Assembly: GCA_964234715.1 (NCBI GenBank)
Contig: OZ174284.1
DNA from: Podarcis melisellensis
Taxonomy: Eukaryota
DNA length: 64,000 nucleotides
Reading direction: 5' to 3' (one strand)
Below the pieces are notes generated by a model. That model worked only from the letters and a program-made list of their open reading frames with translations. It was not told where the DNA came from and did not search any database. Made by a program: the position numbers and the translations under genes. This document shows, piece after piece, positions 24,194 through 64,000 of the stretch; positions within the stretch are counted from its first letter, which is position 1, and every line of letters starts with the position of its first letter.

Positions 24194-26376
24194 GGCCACT
24201 GATAAAGTAAACAGTAGGCCAAGGGGGTAATACAAATAGTACTGGAGAAATAAACTGCAAGCAGTGTGTCCTGTTTTTCCAGATGCTTCTGAAGCCTAAA
24301 GGAAGCTTCACTTTTTTCAGGGGGCAGGTTCTCACAAACCTTTAATACCAGAAATCCTGCAGAAAGGGTTCAGCAAATGGAATGTCTAGATTCCTGAAAA
24401 GTAGACTGTATCTTACCCTCTCCTTCCCAGTCTTGTGCAGATGGTGTTATCAGTTCGCCAGCCTTCATCTGAAACACCTGGATCCTGTAGAAAGCTCAGG
24501 AGTTGAGAAAGGATCTCTTGTGCATGTTCAGCAAATAGCTTCTTAAGATGTTCCCTAAAAGAGAGATGCAGGTTCCATAGTGTGTGGGGTGCATGGTATA
24601 ATTATGGGGAGGTGGGTGGGGCGCTGATGAACTAGGAAATCCCTGGTTCGAATGTCAGTGTTTGGTTACGTACCCAGTAGATGGCACAGTGCAGCTCAGA
24701 TTCTGCAGAATACTAATTGTGTGTTGCAACTCCATGTTATGGCTGGGTGAAATGTTTGCCAAATCCTTACTGCTAACACAATCTTCTTGCGCAAGCTGCT
24801 TTCCCCCTTTGCAGCAAAGGGAGCATATTGGGAGAGGTGATTTAGTAAGAAGAGTTGACTTTCCACCTTCTGTTAGAATTTGGTCGTCATGCATGAGTCT
24901 GCTGTTGTCATGACCAGTTTGGCTCTTATACAGTTCTGTGTTCTCTCTTGACTTCCCATTTAAATAGGAGAATAACAACCTACTTAACAAGGTGACTGTA
25001 AGGATTACTGGGAATATATGAGACTCCTTGGAGCAGGGATGTGGAACCTGTGGCCTTCCAGATGTTGTTGGGCTCAAAGTCCCATCAACCCTAGTTGACA
25101 TAGGCCAGTGGTCAAGGCTGTAGTCCAGCAGCATCTGTGTGGGGTGTGTCAAAGTTTGCCGATTCCTGCCATATGCCTCCATCAAATATATACACCACAG
25201 AGGCTGCATTTGTATTCCTTCCCATGGCTTATTATGGTGTTAATTAACTTTTGTAATGTCTGCATGCATGGCTAGACTAAGATGCAACTCCTCCCACCTT
25301 TCCCATTGTCTTCACTTCACATCTGTACTGAAAGGACTGTGGCTGTGGTACACTACAATATTATGAGTAAGGGGCTTCATTTGAAATGTTTTTTTGCTCG
25401 TGTGAGAAAGAAAGGTTTGCTCTGAGCATGCTGAAACGCCCTACAGTCTCCCTTAAACCTACGTGCTTGAGATTATCTGAGTTGCTTCTAGATGTCTTGG
25501 TTATGACTGAATCAAAGTGTGGATGGTAACAGGGACCACACACCTGTAACTAGCCCAGCTTTACAATAGAATGGTAAAGAGCCAGTGGGCAGGAGCACAG
25601 GAAAGAGTCTCTCCCAAACTACTGCTGTTGCATGTGCTCCAGCAAATCTCATTATGGTCTCAAAGGGGCATTATGGACATCAAAGGGGTGGCTACCTGCC
25701 CAGTACTCTTGCTGTTTAGCGTTCTGCCATGACTGCAGATGTTGATGCTATATCTGTAATTAGCAGATCAGTTCTAGGAACAAGCTGGACCCAAACTTCT
25801 TTCTTAGTTGAGTTTTACTGTTCAGTTTAACATTTATGTTGGCTTCTACTAACTTGTATCATCTTATTGTACAGCAGGAGGTATCCAGTAAGATAATGCT
25901 TGCTTAGAGTAGGGGATTCACAAGCTCCTCCATTGGAGAGTCTGTGCACCTTTAACATCTTAAGAAACTTGGCTTCCATTCAAAAAAATAAAATAAAAAA
26001 ATAGCGCTGGGAGAGCACTCCTCAACCCAGTGCCCTCCAACATGGTCATGGTCAGGGTTGTTGAGAATCTTTGTCCAAAACCTCTGGGGGGCATCAGGTG
26101 GGGAAAGCTGCTTTAAGTTGAAAGAAAATTCCTGGAAAACACATTAACTAGCAAATACTCAAATGGTCAAAACTGTTCTGCATTGATAAAAATAGAGCAG
26201 CATCACTAGCAAGCAAAAAAAAAAAAAAAAAAAAAGAGGAGGAAGGGGAAAATGTGATGTGCTACAAATAAATGTGTGCTGCGAACTTGAACAGTTATTT
26301 CTTCCACCCCCTTTAACTAAATCCTATGCCTTGTTTGTGTGTGTAATATAAAATATAATTTTCTTGAAAGCAGACA

Positions 26377-26523
26377 TAATATTCATTGGACACATTCAAG
26401 TACCATACCCCCGTCAATCTGAGACCAAATTTCCTGTTTGTTAAGCAGATTTGTTGTTTATGGTCTTTTATATTAATTTACTGACCTTGTTGAGCAATGG
26501 CAGAGTCCCAAAAGCAATTCTGT
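26377..26523 (+). repeat. Copy 2 of the ~140-bp diverged direct repeat
   Basis: See 24052-24193. Confidence 0.85.
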
Positions 26524-27602
26524 TCAAGTGGACTTGAATGGTTGAAAAGTGTTTCCTGTGATAAACATTCAACAGTTGGTTAAAATGTGGTACCTTTTCA
26601 CAGCTCATAATGCTGATAAAGTGATGTGCAGATCATGTTAATGATACCGATAAAGTGCAGTCTTTGATCTCTCAGCATTTTTCCAGCATACATTCAGAGT
26701 TTAATGTTACCTTTTCTGGAAGTAGACAATACGGATCTGTGCTAGAGCTGACTTTCGCCAAGTATGGAACACTAAATTAGGTAACATAGTTGTTTTTAAT
26801 AATGCATTATTTTTTAAATCTATTTAACAGGTAACAACCAATAACATAAATGGACATAAAGAAAGAAAAACAAGTGCAGAATCCAAGTTATTCCATGGAG
26901 AGAACTCATAGTTGTGAAAGCATAAAGGGGCAATAGGTTCAGTTAGGGTGTATGATGACTAGTGTGTGTCACTTCGTGTACTGCTGATAATTGTTGTCAG
27001 GATGTGGTGTGAGCTTTTTCACATCCTACAACTGGCCTGTTGCCATTTCCTGTTAAAGCTTACAGTCTCTACTAGATCATCATATGTGTGACTTAAGGAA
27101 GGTCTAACATTTTTCCGTTTCTTGGTCCCTTGCTGTTCATCTTATAGACGTTGTCCCACCCTTACTCTGTTGTTTACACTCTTCTTTTTGCATTTAGTAA
27201 TGACAGACAATAATAGTTCCTTTTTTTTGTTTTCAAATGTCCTACAGTCAAGAAACACAGAGATTTGCTTTTCACAGAAGCCCTGTGAACTAAAGTGGAT
27301 TCTGAAAACACTCCAAGGTTCCTTCTCTCCTTATGCTGGCTAGGTCTTTTCAGTCTTGTCACCTTCTGTGTGAATTTGGTGTGTGCTCAGGAGCATGTTT
27401 AATATTCCCCCATGGCTGTACATGATGTGGCTCCCTGAGAAACTCCTAATAAGATTATGGTTGCTATTGGATCAGTTACCTGGATCAGAGCTCATAAACT
27501 ATTCTAGTAGAACCTGAGCTCAGTTTCTGTTCACTCTTAAGGCTTTTCACATACCTGACTGCACACACAGTTTGGCACAAACCTGTTTGTGAAATGTATG
27601 GA

Positions 27603-28264
27603 TGTTGTTGTCGTTTAGTCGTGCCTGACTCTTTGTGACCCCATGGACCAGAGCACGCCAGGCACTCCTGTCTTCCACTGCCTCCCACAGTTTGGTCAGA
27701 CTCATGTTTGTAGCTTCGAGAACACCGTCCAACCATCTCGTCCTCTGTTGTCCCCTTCTTCTTGTGCCCTCCATGTTTCCCAACATCAGGGTCTTTTCCA
27801 GGGAGTCTTCTCTTCTCATGAGGTGGCCAAAGTATTGGAGCCTCAGCTTCACGATTTGTCCTTCCAGTGAGCACTCAGGGCTGATTTCCTTAAGAATGGA
27901 TACGTTTGATCTTCTTGCAGTCCATGGGACTCTCAAGAGTCTTCTCCAGCACCATAATTCAAAAGCATCAATTCTTTGGCGATCAGCCTTCTTTATGGTC
28001 CAGCTCTCACTTCCATACAACACTACTGGGAAAACCATGGCTTTAACTATACGGACCTTTGTTGTCAAGGTGATGTCTCTGCTTTTTAAGATGCTGTCTA
28101 GGTTTGCCATCGCCTTTCTCCCAAGGAGCAGGCGTCTTTTAATTTCGTGACTGCTGTCACCATCTGCAGTGATCATGGAGCCCAAGAAGGAAAAATCTCT
28201 CACTGCCTCCATTTCTTCCCCTTCTATTTGCCAGGAGGTGATGGGCCCAGTGGCCATGATCTTC
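27603..28264 (-). mobile_element. RTE-BovB LINE, 5'-truncated 3' fragment encoding the C-terminal part of the reverse transcriptase ORF
   Basis: ORF 27547..28290(-) KIMATGPITSWQIEGEEMEAV...EIKRRLLLGRKAMANLDSILKSRDITL...IDAFELWCWRRLLRVPWTARRSN is typical BovB; (CAA)-type tail at ~27603; TATGGAT flanks both ends. Confidence 0.92.
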
Positions 28265-29533
28265 ATATGGATATGTTGGTATAATTCCACTGTAAGAATG
28301 TCTCCCCCCCCCCAAATAATCTTTTCAGTTATTAGTATTATGTACTGGAAATGTTGGCCAATTACTTCTCGGAAAAAGTGAACTCGAGTAATTGGTCATC
28401 TTGGTGAACAATATTACAACAGGGGCCCCTTCTCTGCTAAGATGGGGAGAAATAGATTTATGTGTTGCTGGGGCAGGCGAGGTGGAAAAACTGTGGCCTG
28501 CTAGATGTCGTTAGTCTGCAACTCCCATTGCCCCCGCTCATTGGCACAGCTGCCAGGGGCTTATGGATTTGAATTTCAATGCTAGGTCCTTGCTGCTGAA
28601 GATACCTAGTGACTTAGACTGTGCACGGGACATGGAAGTAAAATTTCCAGAATGTCATGCATCTCAAAGGCTGTCAACCAAAATAACTCTTTTTCTCTGA
28701 AGGCATGAGGAATGACAAAACCATGCCAGATGTATTCTAAGCAGAAAGGGCCTAAAGAAATGGAAGAATATTTTAAGCTGACTATACAGCTCTTCAGTTA
28801 GTTTTCAGGAAATGATGAAACTAAAAGTAACCAAATTCAGCTGGAAGCGCTCATTCTCCTGGTGTGTCTTGCTCAATTATGGCCAAAAAAGGCAAGTAGT
28901 TAGATTCTTGGAAGTTGCAATTGCAGGAAGCTGTGTAGCAGAAGTTTAGACTACAGCTGTTGCCTTGCCAGCCTTGATACAATTCTGAATGCAGTACAAT
29001 GAATTATTCCCCACCTTTTCCTTTGGCTCCTGAGTGACAAATTTATGGACCTAAATCACCAGAGTTTTCTCCTATTTTAGCAAAGACCTGTGGCATATTT
29101 TTGGCTCCAACACTATGATTAGGCATCATGAAGCATGGTGTATCACTGGAAATACTTGGCTCTAGGATAGTTCTTGTTTGTTTGAAGAGCTTTTATTGGG
29201 TTTTACATAATGTAACTTTTTGCTTTTTGATGTCTCCAGCAAATTCTGCCAGTATGAGCTCCACATTGGTTTCTTGCATTAAATATAGCCCCAGCACATT
29301 ATTCTTCTTTGCTTACTTCTAATTTGCATCTGGTTGGTCACTGTGAGAGGATGTGGGACTAGATGGGCGATTGGCCTGATCCAGCAGACTCCTCTTATGT
29401 TTTCAATTTCTAGCAAAATCCAAAGTGCCTTGTTTGCATGGTTAATCATGTGTAAATGCATATTTAGGTGAATGCAAGCTATCTAAACACTTGCTTTTGA
29501 GACTAAGGTGACATAAAAATGATGGCTTTCTTT

Positions 29534-29536
<3 letters not shown>

Positions 29537-29585
<49 letters not shown>

Positions 29586-29586
29586 T
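29537..29586. repeat. (CTTT)n microsatellite
   Basis: Direct reading of the sequence. Confidence 0.95.
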
Positions 29587-31022
29587 GAAAGGCTTAATGG
29601 AAATGTATATCCACAGTACGTCCTTGAACAAGTGTTGTTGCAGTTTACCAACTATTTTGTAACTTGGTTGACTCTGGAGGGAGACCTATTTGTATTCTAA
29701 ATGTCTTCATGGGCAGCTTTGGCTAGCAGCATGCAGCAGTATTGACACTGTGGTGTGCAAAGGCTGGCTGAAAAGCTTGGTTCTTGACGGCTGTATGCAT
29801 GCACACACAATGCGGAGAGAAAGGAAGTTTGTAAGGTTTTGAAATACCTAATACAATGGACCACTTGTGTTGCATAGTGAGCCACATAAAGTGGCAAGTA
29901 TAAAATTACTTTGCCTTTCACCTCCTAAAATAGTTCTGAGTTTTTTTCTCATTGTGGAAAAATAGAAGTGGCTACCTGGCAGCCACTTTTTTCTAATCTA
30001 ACAGGTCTGCTCTAGTCAGGGTGAGTCTCCTGCCAGCCTGGAGGTTTTACTTTTACTTTCAGGCTATTAACAGATGCCACAAGGGATTGAGTGAGGCTGG
30101 CAGCCCAAGTTAAATCATTTGTAGGCATGATAGCAAAGAAAGGAATTCTAATTTCTAGATAGGAAGAAAAGACGACCTGCTTTCCTACCCAAGCTAGGGC
30201 TGTCAGTCTGTAAATAGCTGTAGTTTGCTGTAAATAACTGTAGACCACTGTAGACTTAGTATTTCTTCAGATATCTTACATTTGTTCCAGGGAACTGACA
30301 AATGTTGATAAGAAATCGGGTTGTGTCATATCTACTGAAAAGTTATTAACCTTAGTAAGTTTTTCATCTCTGTATTTCCTATGATTTGGCATAACTTAAT
30401 ATCATTTTACAGTTTCATTGGGGTAGAACATGTATATTCTCCTCAGGTGTGACCCATCCATTTTAAATAGCTGTTTTTAACTGAGGGGAAAACCACTTTG
30501 ACTATGTGAAGCTGCCCGCCCCCCCAGTCTAGTTAAGGCCTAGGGGGAGGAGGCTAATTGTAGCACTACCACATTGTGTTGATATGTAGTTGCCAGCTTC
30601 TTGTGTGTTCCTTCAAGCTTGCTTGCTTGAGTAATTGGATGCTTTTATGCATCCGGTCACTGCCTATTTGTGACCCACAGGGGCTAATGAATCTGTGGGG
30701 AAACAATAGGTGAATAGTTTATCTGGGCATGCAACTTGGAGTCAATGGCCTTGCCTACTCAGAACTCCTTTACAAGGACCTAAAATATCTATACAGTTAT
30801 CTCTAGTGTTCTTGCCTCTATAGAGTGTTTAAGCTGACAACATGAACCTACTTCTAATGATTGCATGGCATTTAAACAGTAACATGGTCAAAGATTTGAA
30901 ATCGGTGTTGGTGAGGGAAGTGGTGCCTATTTCAGGTGATTCCAAGGTTGTAGTGTCAAAATGTTGGCAAGGTAATAACATTGAAACTTCTTCTTTTCAT
31001 AGGTCCCTGGTTATAAACCACC

Positions 31023-63822
<32,800 letters not shown>

Positions 63823-64000
63823 TAATATAGATTGCCACTCCTGCCTGTATTAGGGGTAGGGGATAATGAGGAAAAAAACAGCTGTATCCCTGCCTTTGTA
63901 TGTGGCTGCTTTAGCTTGGATTTTTTCTTGTTGTTAATCCTTTGCGAGATATGCTGTGTTTACTCACTATATGACTATTAGAAGGCACCTTTTCATTGCA

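Noticed and set aside
24655-25209. 184-aa minus-strand ORF in intron 1
   Set aside because: Runs through SINE/MITE remnants; no domain-like content.

Overview
Vertebrate genomic DNA, almost certainly from a squamate and probably a lacertid lizard (inferred from the Sauria SINEs, BovB LINE and lizard-type hAT and Tc1/mariner MITEs). The right ~54 kb holds the 5' part of MYH9 (non-muscle myosin heavy chain IIA, + strand). It has a CpG-island promoter and a probable non-coding exon 1 near 10.4 kb, a ~20 kb intron 1, and coding exons 2-16 (31023-63765, 679 codons, most of the motor domain). The gene continues past the window. MYH9 also carries a U12-type intron 7 and a 63-nt in-frame loop-2 cassette exon resembling the MYH10 B2 insert. 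The main surprise is the left ~8.6 kb. On the minus strand, beneath about ten transposon insertions, lies what appears to be a heavily decayed but colinear fossil of a negative-strand RNA virus L (RdRp) gene. The N-terminal motif, pre-motif A, motifs A/B/C and parts of the capping domain are present in the correct order and most resemble paramyxovirus L. It sits head-to-head with the MYH9 promoter. All viral comparisons were made by eye against remembered L sequences and need confirmation by a frameshift-aware search.
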